From a virus: DNA of 64,000 nucleotides. The stretch lies in the IMG/VR virus record IMGVR_UViG_3300034190_002630. One strand, written 5' to 3'. The number at the start of each line of letters is the position of its first letter. Positions within the stretch are counted from its first letter, which is position 1. The position numbers and the translations under genes are program-made. The notes beneath the pieces are model-generated. The model saw nothing but the letters and a program-made list of their open reading frames with translations. It was not told the origin of the DNA and did not search any database. Below are positions 1-10,361 of this stretch, piece by piece.

Positions 1-1
1 T

Positions 2-1405
2 ACATTCGGAACATCAATACTACCAGTTAGCGCCGACGGTACTACATTGGGTTCTGCTTCAAAAGAATTCTCAGATTTATTTCTGGCCGATGGTGGCACT
101 ATTCAATTTGGTAATGATCAAGATGTAATAGTTACACACGACCCAGATGATGGTCTATTTTTTAAATCAGCCGCAACAGGTGATGATAATCCTTTTGTAT
201 TAACACTACAAACAGGTGAAACAGACATTGCCGCTGATGATGTTATTGGTGCGATTAACTTCCAAGCACCAGATGAAGGAACAGGCACAGACGCAATCTT
301 AGTTGCCGCAGGTATCGAAGCTGTATCTGAAGGTGATTTTAGTTCTTCATCTAATGCAACAAAATTAAGTTTTAAAACTGGTGCCTCTGAAGCAGCTGCT
401 GAAAAGATGTCATTATCTTCAGCAGGTCTTTTGACAGTAACAGATGACATTGTAATTAAATCAGCTGGAACAATTGGTGGTGCAAACGATACTGACTTAT
501 TAACACTTGGTAACGGTGCATTGACAGTGGCTGGAACTATTGCTGGAACAACTATTACTGCAAGTGGTAGATTAATTACAGATGACACTACTGAAGCAAC
601 AAGCACAACTGATGGTTCACTTCAAACAGATGGTGGACTTTCTGTAGCAAAAGATGCTGTGATTGGTGATGACTTATTGTTATTATCTGATGCCGCAGTA
701 ATTAAGTTTGGTGCAGACTCAGATGTCACATTGACTCACGTTGCTGATGCAGGTCTTACTCTTTCTGTACCTGCAACTGCTGACAATAGTTTTCCAAAGT
801 TTAACTTATCAGCGGGTGATAACGATATCGCCGCAGATGATGTCTTAGGACAGATTGACTTCCAAGCACCTGCCGAGGGAGCTGGAACAGATGCGATATT
901 AGTTGGAGCCACAATTAAGGCTGTGTCTGAAGGTAACTTTGCCGCAGATAACAACGCAACAACATTATTCTTTGAAACTGGTAAATCTGCAGCCGCAGGA
1001 ACTGATGGTGGTAGATTAACATTGACTTCAACAGGTAAGATGGTTCTTAAAGATCTAGCAACAGCAGACGGATCATCAGCCACAATTACTTTACAATCAG
1101 GTGATACTGATATTGCGGCTAACGATGTGCTAGGTGGAATATTATTCCAAGCACCTGATGAAGGAACAGGAACCGATGCTATATTAGTAGCAGGTGCTGT
1201 TGAGTGTGTTTCTGAGGGAGACTTCTCATCATCAAACAATGCAACTAAGATTTCATTTAGATGTGGTAACTCTGAAACTGCAACAGAAAAAGCAAAGATT
1301 GTTGGATCTACTGGTAAGTTCCACGCAACACCAGATTCAATTCTTTTAATTAAGAACTCAGCTGGTTCTACATTAAAAACTGTGAACGGACACGCTGCAA
1401 TTTAA
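2..1405 (+). CDS. Tail fibre/adhesin-like virion protein, 5'-truncated by the window edge; three internal ~60-aa repeats
   Basis: Frame is open from base 2. Gly/Thr/Ala/Asp-rich; module DIAAxDVxGxIxFQAPxEGxGTDAILV...AVSEGxF occurs three times. Confidence 0.7.
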   Translation, partial: TFGTSILPVSADGTTLGSASKEFSDLFLADGGTIQFGNDQDVIVTHDPDDGLFFKSAATGDDNPFVLTLQTGETDIAADDVIGAINFQAPDEGTGTDAILVAAGIEAVSEGDFSSSSNATKLSFKTGASEAAAEKMSLSSAGLLTVTDDIVIKSAGTIGGANDTDLLTLGNGALTVAGTIAGTTITASGRLITDDTTEATSTTDGSLQTDGGLSVAKDAVIGDDLLLLSDAAVIKFGADSDVTLTHVADAGLTLSVPATADNSFPKFNLSAGDNDIAADDVLGQIDFQAPAEGAGTDAILVGATIKAVSEGNFAADNNATTLFFETGKSAAAGTDGGRLTLTSTGKMVLKDLATADGSSATITLQSGDTDIAANDVLGGILFQAPDEGTGTDAILVAGAVECVSEGDFSSSNNATKISFRCGNSETATEKAKIVGSTGKFHATPDSILLIKNSAGSTLKTVNGHAAI

Positions 1406-1408
1406 TAG

Positions 1409-1437
1409 TTGACAAAACGTTGAAAATAGTATAGATT
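1409..1437 (+). promoter_or_regulatory. Sigma70-like promoter
   Basis: TTGACA-17 nt-TAGATT in the gap before ORF 1448. Confidence 0.5.
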
Positions 1438-1447
1438 AGGAGATATT

Positions 1448-2407
1448 ATGACAGCAAGAACACCTTTATATTACGATGGCACTAATTTAGTCGAGATGTC
1501 AGCAGCAGAAATTGTTGAATATCAAAGACAAGCAATTTTTCAATATGCCTCAAACCCATCAGTGACTTTGACAGTTGTTGCAAACAGTGGTGCTGGTTTT
1601 GATGCGATAGATGATACTAGATTCAAATCTAGTGCAGCCGTTCAACAAGCCTCTTCACACCCTGGTTCTGGTGCATTACAAACCACAACAACTTCATTTG
1701 ATAAATTAAATCAAGCAAAGGCATCTGTAAGTGTAACAGGCGATACAAATAATATTCATTTTCCTGTTTACTATGACGGTTCAGGTTCCATACAATCAAT
1801 GACAGAAGCAGATTTTGTTGACACGTTTATTAAACCTGCGATTGATCTAATGGTAGCAAGTAGTGAAGCAGTTGCTGGTGACTATGGTGGAACATTTACA
1901 ATTCATACTGGCACATCATTGACAAATCACACTTTGATTTCATCAACAGCAGTTTTTATTGATACTAGAGCAGATACTGCTTCATATGCAGCTGATCAAA
2001 TAGGAACTGCTGGATCATTTCAAACTCACAACGAAGTAATAAACAGTTTCTTCTTACATAGAAGAGATGCAGTTGATAACACACCTGCCAGAACTATGTT
2101 GTTTATTGAAAATGATAGTGGTGATCACAATTTAAAACAATATGCTGATGCTGATATTGAAAGTTTACTTGCAGAGTACATAAGAAATCTTGCAGTAAGT
2201 GATACAGTAGCTGCAGATCATCAAATTGATTATAATATTAACGGATCTGGTGATCCGAGAGGAACAGCGATGACTGATACTAAACTTGACGGATCAGGTT
2301 CAGAAACAAATAGATTTGTTAGCGCAGATGATTATAGATCACAGAAGTTCCCAAATGGTTCTGCTACAACAATAAGCACATTTACATTTAAAATTAATAA
2401 ATCATAA
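1448..2407 (+). CDS. Hypothetical virion structural protein
   Basis: AGGAG SD; Thr/Ser/Asp-rich; internal duplication PLYYDG/PVYYDG; follows a fibre gene. Confidence 0.5.
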   Translation: MTARTPLYYDGTNLVEMSAAEIVEYQRQAIFQYASNPSVTLTVVANSGAGFDAIDDTRFKSSAAVQQASSHPGSGALQTTTTSFDKLNQAKASVSVTGDTNNIHFPVYYDGSGSIQSMTEADFVDTFIKPAIDLMVASSEAVAGDYGGTFTIHTGTSLTNHTLISSTAVFIDTRADTASYAADQIGTAGSFQTHNEVINSFFLHRRDAVDNTPARTMLFIENDSGDHNLKQYADADIESLLAEYIRNLAVSDTVAADHQIDYNINGSGDPRGTAMTDTKLDGSGSETNRFVSADDYRSQKFPNGSATTISTFTFKINKS

Positions 2408-2429
2408 TTTTTATTATTAGGAGTACATT

Positions 2430-3047
2430 ATGGAATTAAAAGATATACCATTGAAAGGATACAAACCTTTACCTGCTGTTGAAAGACAACCAACAAACGC
2501 TTTACAAGAAGATCATGATACATCTCTAAATTTGTGGAATAAAGATAATTTTATTCGTGCAGAATTTACCAATAGCGATAGAACTCATGTTAGAGTTTAT
2601 TACACAAATGATATGGGTAAAGAAGACGAGTTCAATTTTGTTTTTGATGAAACACACAAATATACAAAAAAACTTTTAGAACTAACTGATCTTGATACAA
2701 TGCATGAGTTGACATACAAAAGAATCAAACAAGAAGAAAAATATTTCAAAGAGTTTGCAGTGCGTGTAGGAAAAGAACAAGGTTTATTAATCGATCCGAT
2801 TGCATATTATGATAGTGAAACTCAATCATCTAAAGTTGATACAAAGTTTTACTCTTATGGTTTAAAATTATTTTTTGAAGATTTTGATTCTGATAAACAA
2901 AAAGAAGATTTGTTTATTGTAAAACTTGCAGCCTTTGAATTAGATTTAGTAAAAAATTCTGAAAACAGAGATTTAAAATCTAAGATTAGAAAAGCAAAAG
3001 ATCCGATTGAAATATTAAAGATATTATTAGAACTCAAAGAAAGTTAA
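2430..3047 (+). CDS. Hypothetical protein
   Basis: 205-aa ORF with AGGAG SD; no recognised motif. Confidence 0.6.
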   Translation: MELKDIPLKGYKPLPAVERQPTNALQEDHDTSLNLWNKDNFIRAEFTNSDRTHVRVYYTNDMGKEDEFNFVFDETHKYTKKLLELTDLDTMHELTYKRIKQEEKYFKEFAVRVGKEQGLLIDPIAYYDSETQSSKVDTKFYSYGLKLFFEDFDSDKQKEDLFIVKLAAFELDLVKNSENRDLKSKIRKAKDPIEILKILLELKES

Positions 3048-3849
3048 AAACATTTTCAAAGTCTTTGTTGATCACATGAATTAATGAAGATGTTTTACAT
3101 ATTTTTAGATTTGTATCACTAAGAATTAGTTGATGCCAATGAGTTGGTAAATTTTCTAAAGGCACATTATATTTTTCAATCATGTATGTTAACATTGTTT
3201 CATTATTATAAAAATATCTATCATCAATCTGTTTCACTTCATCAACTACTTTTTTAACCTCATTTAATCTATCACTAAATCTAAGTTCATCTCTAACTTT
3301 TTTATTACCACCAAATGTGCCTGTGTTCATCATCCATTCATTTTTAGGTTGACATAGTTGTGAGTACATCATATCTTTATATTGTTTTGTTTTGATTACC
3401 CAATGATATTTGTCAAGTGTTTTAATAAATGAATCTTTATCTTCTAAATCAAATCTAGATTGAACAAATCTAGGAATAGGTGTTGGAGTCATATAAGTCA
3501 CTAAACTATTGAAGTTAAATTTTTTAAATATGTTTTTATTTGTGTTTGGTATAATATCAAAATCAAGATACATTACTTCATCATAATCATCAAGATATTT
3601 TTCCCACATCTTGATTTTTTCTATATTTAAGTCATCATAATTTTTAGTCGTAAAGGTTGTTAGATTAAAATCAGCATTACAATTTTCAGCATATTTTTTT
3701 AAACCCTCACGTAATTTAGAACTAAATTTTTTAAATTGATTTGCGTTATGTAATCTTTTTTCTGTGATATCAGAAACTTCAGTTCCAATACTAAAGATTA
3801 ATCTTTTTTTCAAATCGCCAGACATAATCAAATTCCTTGTTGATAGCAT
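3034..3849 (-). CDS. GT-A fold glycosyltransferase-like protein
   Basis: YDEVMYLDFDI (DxD), NTG, NETM and HVINK motifs; paralogous to the adjacent ORF. Confidence 0.65.
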   Translation of the reverse strand: MLSTRNLIMSGDLKKRLIFSIGTEVSDITEKRLHNANQFKKFSSKLREGLKKYAENCNADFNLTTFTTKNYDDLNIEKIKMWEKYLDDYDEVMYLDFDIIPNTNKNIFKKFNFNSLVTYMTPTPIPRFVQSRFDLEDKDSFIKTLDKYHWVIKTKQYKDMMYSQLCQPKNEWMMNTGTFGGNKKVRDELRFSDRLNEVKKVVDEVKQIDDRYFYNNETMLTYMIEKYNVPLENLPTHWHQLILSDTNLKICKTSSLIHVINKDFENVFNFL

Positions 3850-4678
3850 GAACTATTTTAGTATCTTGTGGTATATATAATTCTGTATCATAAAAATAGT
3901 GCCACTGTTTGTTTAACCATTGTATTGAAACATCATTTTCTTTTATCTTATATGAAAATATTGTTTCGTTGTCATATCCAAAAGTATCTGTTATATTTCT
4001 TGGATACATTGATTCTTTTTCGTAAACATCACTTCTTAAATAATGCATGAGATCAAACAGATTAACAAGACCATTCCAATAGTCTAATTTTTTCCAATGA
4101 TATTTATTTGCACCAATGATACCTGTATTGATAACATCACACTGAGGTGAGTATCCATTTTCTTCTAACATGGCCATCGTGTTAAAGTACTTTGCAGATG
4201 GCGATCTTATAGTGCCCTTTACCATATCTAAAGGCATATGTGTTGGTCTAATATTATTATTGTTATTATAAACAGCAATACCTTTTGATAAATCCCATGC
4301 ATCAAAAAAATTATCTTTAGTTACAGGTATCGCATCAAAATCAAGATACAATACCTCATCATAATCATGTAGATAATTATTCATAAGTTCTAATTTGTAA
4401 AAGTTTACAATGTTATACATTGTAATAAACGGATAGTGTGTTTTGAAATATTTTACATAATGTTTGAAGTTCTCATCATTCTCATGTAAAAAATAATCAA
4501 CACCTATATTATCTGCATATTGTTTTTTATTATCAACTATCTTTTGATGATGTTCTTTAAATTGGTTTTTTGTATTGATATTAGTTGGTATTTGATCCTT
4601 TTTTATGATATTTTTGTCAAAAAAATCAAGATCATCCTCAGGTATATCAATGTATAAACTATAAATTACCCTTGACAT
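3791..4678 (-). CDS. GT-A fold glycosyltransferase-like protein
   Basis: YDEVLYLDFDA (DxD), INTGIIG, DNETIF and HAINK motifs. Confidence 0.65.
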   Translation of the reverse strand: MSRVIYSLYIDIPEDDLDFFDKNIIKKDQIPTNINTKNQFKEHHQKIVDNKKQYADNIGVDYFLHENDENFKHYVKYFKTHYPFITMYNIVNFYKLELMNNYLHDYDEVLYLDFDAIPVTKDNFFDAWDLSKGIAVYNNNNNIRPTHMPLDMVKGTIRSPSAKYFNTMAMLEENGYSPQCDVINTGIIGANKYHWKKLDYWNGLVNLFDLMHYLRSDVYEKESMYPRNITDTFGYDNETIFSYKIKENDVSIQWLNKQWHYFYDTELYIPQDTKIVHAINKEFDYVWRFEKKINL

Positions 4679-4695
4679 TTGTTATCCATGTGTGA

Positions 4696-4703
4696 TATAA
4701 ATA
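4696..4703 (+). promoter_or_regulatory. T4-type late promoter, also readable as a sigma70 -10 paired with TTGACA at 4672
   Basis: TATAAATA upstream of the epimerase-gp13 operon. Confidence 0.6.
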
Positions 4704-4733
4704 TACTTATAACATATTGAGAGATTATTGTCA

Positions 4734-5528
4734 ATGAAAATATTAGTCACTGGTGACAAAGGATTTATTGGAAGTCATTTGTCTAAATCACTTATTAATG
4801 ATGGTCATGAAGTTATCGGTTGGGATAAAAAAGATGATAAAGATATACTTCATATAACATCTGATGATATTGGTTATGCAGAGAGGATAGTGCATCTTGC
4901 GGCAAAGGCAAATGTAAAACAAAGTTTAAAATATCCAACAAGTTATCATATAACAAATACTCTAGGAACTAGAGCAGTTTTTGAAGCAGCAGAGTATGTT
5001 GGTGTGCCCGTAATTTTCGCATCATCATCTACTGCAAAACAATGGTGGTTATCACCATACGGAACGACTAAAAAAATGACAGAGGTTATCTCAGATAACT
5101 ATTTACAAAATGTGGCATTGAGATTCTCAAATGTTTATGGTGATGGTCAAAGAGACACGATGTTGTTTCAAAGAATGATTGATAATAAATTAGAATATAT
5201 TAGTAACAATCATATCAGAGACTTTGTACATGTCGATGATGTCGTGGATGCAATAAAAATATTTTTATATGCAAAAGATTTTGAATTTGATAGAATATAT
5301 GACGTAGGATCAGGTGAAGGTCTTATTGTAAATAATTTAGTAGAATATTATGGATTTAATGTTGAAGAAAGAGTTGGTGAGTCTTGTGAAATGTTAGATA
5401 ATACGTCTGATATTACGAAATTGACTAGATTAGGGTGGTCACCAAAAAATGATATACATAAATACTTAAAAAGGAAATTAGATGGCAGAACCAAACTCAA
5501 AAACAACGCTCAAGGATTATTGTCTTAG
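4734..5528 (+). CDS. NAD-dependent NDP-sugar epimerase/dehydratase (extended SDR)
   Basis: ILVTGDKGFIG Rossmann motif, HLAA, ASSS, YGTTK (YxxxK), RFSNVYG, RDFVHVDD. Confidence 0.9.
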   Translation: MKILVTGDKGFIGSHLSKSLINDGHEVIGWDKKDDKDILHITSDDIGYAERIVHLAAKANVKQSLKYPTSYHITNTLGTRAVFEAAEYVGVPVIFASSSTAKQWWLSPYGTTKKMTEVISDNYLQNVALRFSNVYGDGQRDTMLFQRMIDNKLEYISNNHIRDFVHVDDVVDAIKIFLYAKDFEFDRIYDVGSGEGLIVNNLVEYYGFNVEERVGESCEMLDNTSDITKLTRLGWSPKNDIHKYLKRKLDGRTKLKNNAQGLLS

Positions 5529-6294
5529 GAATTTAGGATTTGGTGTCATTGATATTAACGTATCAGATGATCAGATTGATGACAGAATAGATGAAGCAGT
5601 TCAATATTTCGCACACTACTATTATGATAATATTGAAAAAATGTATCTTAAATATAAAATTACTACCGATGATATCACAAGGTTTAAAACAAACGCCACT
5701 ACAACAGCGACAGATAGATCAGATAGTTCACTAAGTTTTTCATTCTTAGAAGGTAAAAATTTTATATCGATGCCCTCAAGTGTTGTATCAGTATTAAGAA
5801 TATTCTCATTCGATAATGCAGCCACAAATAATATGTTTGATATTCGTTATCAACTAAGACTCAATGATCTATATGATTTTTCATCTACATCAATCATACA
5901 CTACGAAATGACAATGCAACATTTGGATTACTTATCACATTTGTTAGTTGGTGAAACACCAATAAGATTCTATGAACATCAAGGTAGATTATATCTTGAT
6001 ATGAATGTTGATGGTGATATAAATGCTGATGATTTTTTAATTATTGAGTGTTATAGAAAATTAGACCCAGAGACATATACAGACATTTATAATAACATGC
6101 ATTTAAAACGATATGCAACATCTTTGATCAAAAGACAATGGGGTGCAAATTTATCAAAGTTTCAAAACGTCACATTACTTGGTGGAGTGACAATGAATGG
6201 TGATCAAATATATTCACAAGCAGTAGAAGAAATAGAAAGATTAGAAACTTATATAGAAAATTTACAATACCCAGACATGATCATAAAGGGATAG
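5482..6294 (+). CDS. gp13: Neck protein gp13
   Basis: LKDYCLRNLG...INVSDDQIDDRIDEA; KRQWGANLSKF...GGVTMNG; synteny. Confidence 0.92.
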   Translation: MAEPNSKTTLKDYCLRNLGFGVIDINVSDDQIDDRIDEAVQYFAHYYYDNIEKMYLKYKITTDDITRFKTNATTTATDRSDSSLSFSFLEGKNFISMPSSVVSVLRIFSFDNAATNNMFDIRYQLRLNDLYDFSSTSIIHYEMTMQHLDYLSHLLVGETPIRFYEHQGRLYLDMNVDGDINADDFLIIECYRKLDPETYTDIYNNMHLKRYATSLIKRQWGANLSKFQNVTLLGGVTMNGDQIYSQAVEEIERLETYIENLQYPDMIIKG

Positions 6295-6295
6295 T

Positions 6296-7309
6296 ATGGC
6301 TGTTAATCAAGCATTTACGACATCAGGTAAACTCGCAACAACTGCCGAACAAAATCTATATGCTGATTTAGTTAAAGAAGCGATACAGATTCATGGGCAT
6401 GATGTTAATTATGTTGATAGAACTCTAACAGCAAGAGATGATATTTTTGGTGAAGACTCACTATCTACATTTAGTAAACAACAAACAATAGAAATGTATG
6501 TTGAGGATGCAGATGGTGGATATCAAGGTGAAAAAGAACTCATACAACAATTTGGATTAGAGAATAGAAATGAAATTACTTTTGTTGTGAGTAGAACAAG
6601 ATTTGACGATGTTGCTCATCAAATGGATTTAGAAACTGCGACTGCATCTACTCAAGGTTCAATACTTTTAGAATCAGGTACGATCACATCTTCACTGACA
6701 AACAAAATTAGTGCATCATTTGGAACTGCGTATTTAAGAGGTGAAGCTGCATCCACAAGTTTATATGCAAATAGACCAAAAGAAGGTGATCTTATTTTTC
6801 ACCCTGTTTTAAATAAAATATTTGAAGTTGCATTTGTTGATGAGGATGAACCATTTCATCAACTTGACAATAACCCTGTATATAAGTTAAGATGTAAATC
6901 ATTTGAATATAGTTCTGAAGTGCTTGATACAGGTATTACAGCGATTGATGCTGTTGAGGATGCATTGACAGGTGATGCATTACAACATCAAGTAACACTT
7001 GAACAAACAAGTGCTTACACACAAAGTTTTGCTCTTGAGTTTTTTACACAAAAGAGTTATACAGACACTTTACTTGCAGAGACAGGCGATACTTTAGTTT
7101 CTGAATCAGATGATTCTTCTGCTGGTGAAAGCATACTTCTTGAAAACCCTGCTGATAGTGGTGTCGATAGTTATATCATTCAAGAAGACTATATAGTAGG
7201 AGATATGTCAACTGATACAACTGCTCAAAATGAATTGTTTGAGTCAGAGGACGAAGATATATTAGACTTCAGCGAATCTAATCCATTCGGTGATGCTGGG
7301 AGAACATAA
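6296..7309 (+). CDS. gp14: Neck protein gp14
   Basis: EAIQIHGHDV, IFGED, RPKEGDLIF, EPFHQL, FEYSSE, FSESNPFG; synteny. Confidence 0.9.
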   Translation: MAVNQAFTTSGKLATTAEQNLYADLVKEAIQIHGHDVNYVDRTLTARDDIFGEDSLSTFSKQQTIEMYVEDADGGYQGEKELIQQFGLENRNEITFVVSRTRFDDVAHQMDLETATASTQGSILLESGTITSSLTNKISASFGTAYLRGEAASTSLYANRPKEGDLIFHPVLNKIFEVAFVDEDEPFHQLDNNPVYKLRCKSFEYSSEVLDTGITAIDAVEDALTGDALQHQVTLEQTSAYTQSFALEFFTQKSYTDTLLAETGDTLVSESDDSSAGESILLENPADSGVDSYIIQEDYIVGDMSTDTTAQNELFESEDEDILDFSESNPFGDAGRT

Positions 7310-8115
7310 TGTTAGGAACACAATTTTATCATGAAACAATAAGAAAAATGGTCGTGACTTTTGGTACGATATTTAACAATATTAATATTGTTAGAAAAGA
7401 CAATAATGGAAACATAACTCAAAAAATGAAAGTTCCATTAGCATATGGACCAAAACAAAAATTTTTAGTAAGATTAGATCAAGATGCTAATTTAGATTCA
7501 AAGGTTGCAATAACTTTACCACGTATGGGTTTTGAAATACAAAACTTAACTTACGATGCAACAAGAAAATTAAATCGTGTTCAAAAATTTAAAAAAGTAA
7601 AAGGTTCCAAAGCAAATCAATTAGATACTCAGTTTATGCCTGTTCCATATAATCTTGATTTTGAATTGTATGCAATGGCAAAACAATCAGATGATGCTTT
7701 ACAAATAGTTGAACAAATACTTCCATACTTCCAACCAGATTACACAGTAACAATGAATGACATGGCTGATATGGGGATCAAAAGAGATATCCCTATAATA
7801 CTAAACTCTATAAGTTATGAAGATAGTTATAGAGGAGATTTCAATGAAAGAAGAGCAATAATTTATACTTTGACATTCACTGCTAAATTTTATCTATATG
7901 GCCCAGTTGTATCAAGTAAAGTTATCAAACAAGTTCAAGTTGATCAATACGCAGATATGCCTGTAAAAGCACCAACTAGAGAACAAAGATATACAGTGAC
8001 ACCTAATCCTACAACTGCTGATGCTGATGATGATTTTGGATTTAACGAAACAGTATCATTTTTTGAAGATGCAAAAAACTTTAATCCAGCAACAGGTGAG
8101 GATGAACCTAAATGA
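7309..8115 (+). CDS. gp15: Tail sheath stabiliser/completion protein gp15
   Basis: FYHETIRK..FGTIFN, KVPLAYGP, LPRMGFE, PVPYN, EQILPYFQP. Confidence 0.93.
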   Translation: MLGTQFYHETIRKMVVTFGTIFNNINIVRKDNNGNITQKMKVPLAYGPKQKFLVRLDQDANLDSKVAITLPRMGFEIQNLTYDATRKLNRVQKFKKVKGSKANQLDTQFMPVPYNLDFELYAMAKQSDDALQIVEQILPYFQPDYTVTMNDMADMGIKRDIPIILNSISYEDSYRGDFNERRAIIYTLTFTAKFYLYGPVVSSKVIKQVQVDQYADMPVKAPTREQRYTVTPNPTTADADDDFGFNETVSFFEDAKNFNPATGEDEPK

Positions 8116-8121
8116 TGATAA

Positions 8122-9012
8122 ATGATATTCAAATCAAAAACAGTTAACTTAGATATAACACATAGATGTACTTTACAATGTGCTAAGTGTTCAAGACAAG
8201 ATCCTAACTATGTTTATGATAAGAGAGATACGACACTTGAAGAGTTTGATAAAATAACAGATTATTATCAAGAGATAATTTTTTGTGGACAAATTTCTGA
8301 TCCTATTTTTCATCCACAGTTTGATGAGTTTTTAAAAATGTGTAAGGATAAAAAAGTCTTTGCAGAGGTTCATACTGCAGCCAGTCATCGTAAAAAAGAA
8401 CAATATAAAAAATTTTTTGAAGCAAACACAGATGCCAAATGGGTTTTTGGTATAGACGGATTGCCAAAAGATAGTCATAAGTATAGAATAAATCAAGACG
8501 GTGAATATCTTTTTGATATAATGTTATTGGCAAAAAAAGAATATGATATAAACGTGTCTTGGCAATATATTGTTTTTCCTTACAATGAAGACGATTTATT
8601 TACTGCAATGGGTATTGCAAGAGATAATGATATCAACTTTTTAATTATTGAGTCATCTAGATTTGATGATGAAGAACAATTACCTGATCTTAATAATAAA
8701 CAGTATGAAATGGTATATGATTTTAAACCTCAGTGTATAAGTGCTGAAAAAGAACATGGACACACATCAAAAGGATTTGTTTTGCCTTGTTGTTGGTCTG
8801 ATGTAAATAAAAATCAGATACCTGAATTGACGTTAGATCATTTATCATTGACAAATGCAGATAATATAGATACAATAATTACGTCAAAAGAATGGACAGA
8901 TTTTGCAGAAAGACTAAAAACTAATCCACCAGAATATTGTAAAAGATATTGTGGATATAAAAAGAAAACAAGTATAAGATCAGAGATAAATTTTAATGAC
9001 AGAAAATATTGA
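8122..9012 (+). CDS. Radical SAM protein with C-terminal SPASM/twitch-like Cys motif
   Basis: CTLQCAKC; FCGQISDP; C-terminal C...PCCW...CKRYC. Confidence 0.85.
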   Translation: MIFKSKTVNLDITHRCTLQCAKCSRQDPNYVYDKRDTTLEEFDKITDYYQEIIFCGQISDPIFHPQFDEFLKMCKDKKVFAEVHTAASHRKKEQYKKFFEANTDAKWVFGIDGLPKDSHKYRINQDGEYLFDIMLLAKKEYDINVSWQYIVFPYNEDDLFTAMGIARDNDINFLIIESSRFDDEEQLPDLNNKQYEMVYDFKPQCISAEKEHGHTSKGFVLPCCWSDVNKNQIPELTLDHLSLTNADNIDTIITSKEWTDFAERLKTNPPEYCKRYCGYKKKTSIRSEINFNDRKY

Positions 9013-9403
9013 TAAAATAATAGACAAAGCATTAGGTGTTGTTGAGGAAGAAAAGAAACAATCTAAAAAACAAGTTGTAATACCTAGACCAAAAGAAAAT
9101 GATGATGTTGATGCTGATTATCAATATCAAAGAGAAAATTTTTATGCTCTTATTGAAAGAGGCCAAGATGCTGTTGAAGGCATATTAGAACTTGCTCAAG
9201 AATCTGATCATCCACGTGCATATGAAGTTGCAGGTAATCTAATAAAGTCAGTCGCAGATGTAACAGAAAAACTTGTTGATTTACAAACAAAAATGAAAAA
9301 ATTAAAAGAAGTTCCTAATAAAGGCCCTAACAATGTGACAAATGCTTTGTTCGTTGGATCTACTACAGAGTTACAAAAAATGTTAAAAAAGAAAGATGAT
9401 TAA
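8996..9403 (+). CDS. gp16: Terminase small subunit gp16
   Basis: DYQYQRENF, HPRAYEV, NALFVGSTTELQKML. Confidence 0.92.
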   Translation: MTENIDKIIDKALGVVEEEKKQSKKQVVIPRPKENDDVDADYQYQRENFYALIERGQDAVEGILELAQESDHPRAYEVAGNLIKSVADVTEKLVDLQTKMKKLKEVPNKGPNNVTNALFVGSTTELQKMLKKKDD

Positions 9404-10361
9404 TTTAGAAAACTCTACAGTTGATCTAGACATATCAAACAAATGCACTTTAGAATGTAATAGATGTGAACGTCAAGAATTACGTAGTTTGAATATGGAT
9501 GTGCCTGGTGGTGACATGTCTGTTGATGATTTTATTAAAGTTTGTGACTATTATGGAAGTGATGAAAATTATATAGCATTCTGTGGACCTATTAGTGATC
9601 CTATATTCAATCCAAATATTTTAGAATTTTTAAAAATCGCATATGAAAAAAATAAACGTGTTAAGATTCATACTGCTGCAACATCAAAAAATAAAAAGAT
9701 TGATTGGTATGAAAAGGCATTTGATATCAATCCAAATGCAAGGTGGATATTTGGTTTAGACGGACTACCTAACAAAAGTTGGATTTACAGAGTTAATCAA
9801 GATAGTGATTTAATCTATGATGCAATGATATTATGTGCAAAAAAGAATATGGATGTAATATGGCAGTATCTAGTCTTTGGTTATAATGAAGATCAAATAG
9901 AAGAAGCAAAAGATATTGCTGAGAATAATAATATTACATTAGAGATAAATCATACATCTAGATATATTGATCACGACATATACAAACCAACAAATGATGT
10001 TGTCAACGAAACAAAAAAAACTGTAGAGTATGGATTTTATCCAAGATGTTTATCAAACAATAGACCACCATACGTAAGCGCAACAGGTCAAATACTTCCT
10101 TGTTGTTGGGTTGATCAACCCACTGTAAATTTATTAAAAAATGATCCTGTGTTGGCAACGTTAAACAGAGAAGATTTTAATATTAAAAATGTTGAAAATA
10201 TAAAAGACGTATATAAACATGAAGTATATAAAAAGTTTTACAATGATTTAATAAATAATCATGATAGTTGTTCAGAATATTGTAAAAAAAAATGTTCGCA
10301 AAAAATGGAAAACCCAACTAGAATTAAAAAACGTTATGGAAAATTATCTAGGAAATCCTAA
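9396..10361 (+). CDS. Radical SAM protein with SPASM/twitch-like domain (paralogue of 8122)
   Basis: CTLECNRC; FCGPISDP; GQILPCCW; CKKKC. Confidence 0.85.
   Translation: MINLENSTVDLDISNKCTLECNRCERQELRSLNMDVPGGDMSVDDFIKVCDYYGSDENYIAFCGPISDPIFNPNILEFLKIAYEKNKRVKIHTAATSKNKKIDWYEKAFDINPNARWIFGLDGLPNKSWIYRVNQDSDLIYDAMILCAKKNMDVIWQYLVFGYNEDQIEEAKDIAENNNITLEINHTSRYIDHDIYKPTNDVVNETKKTVEYGFYPRCLSNNRPPYVSATGQILPCCWVDQPTVNLLKNDPVLATLNREDFNIKNVENIKDVYKHEVYKKFYNDLINNHDSCSEYCKKKCSQKMENPTRIKKRYGKLSRKS

Noticed and set aside
118-1239. Minus-strand ORFs over fibre genes (also 13466, 57635, 62694 and others)
   Set aside because: Shadow frames of Gly/Thr/Ala-rich sense genes with no motifs
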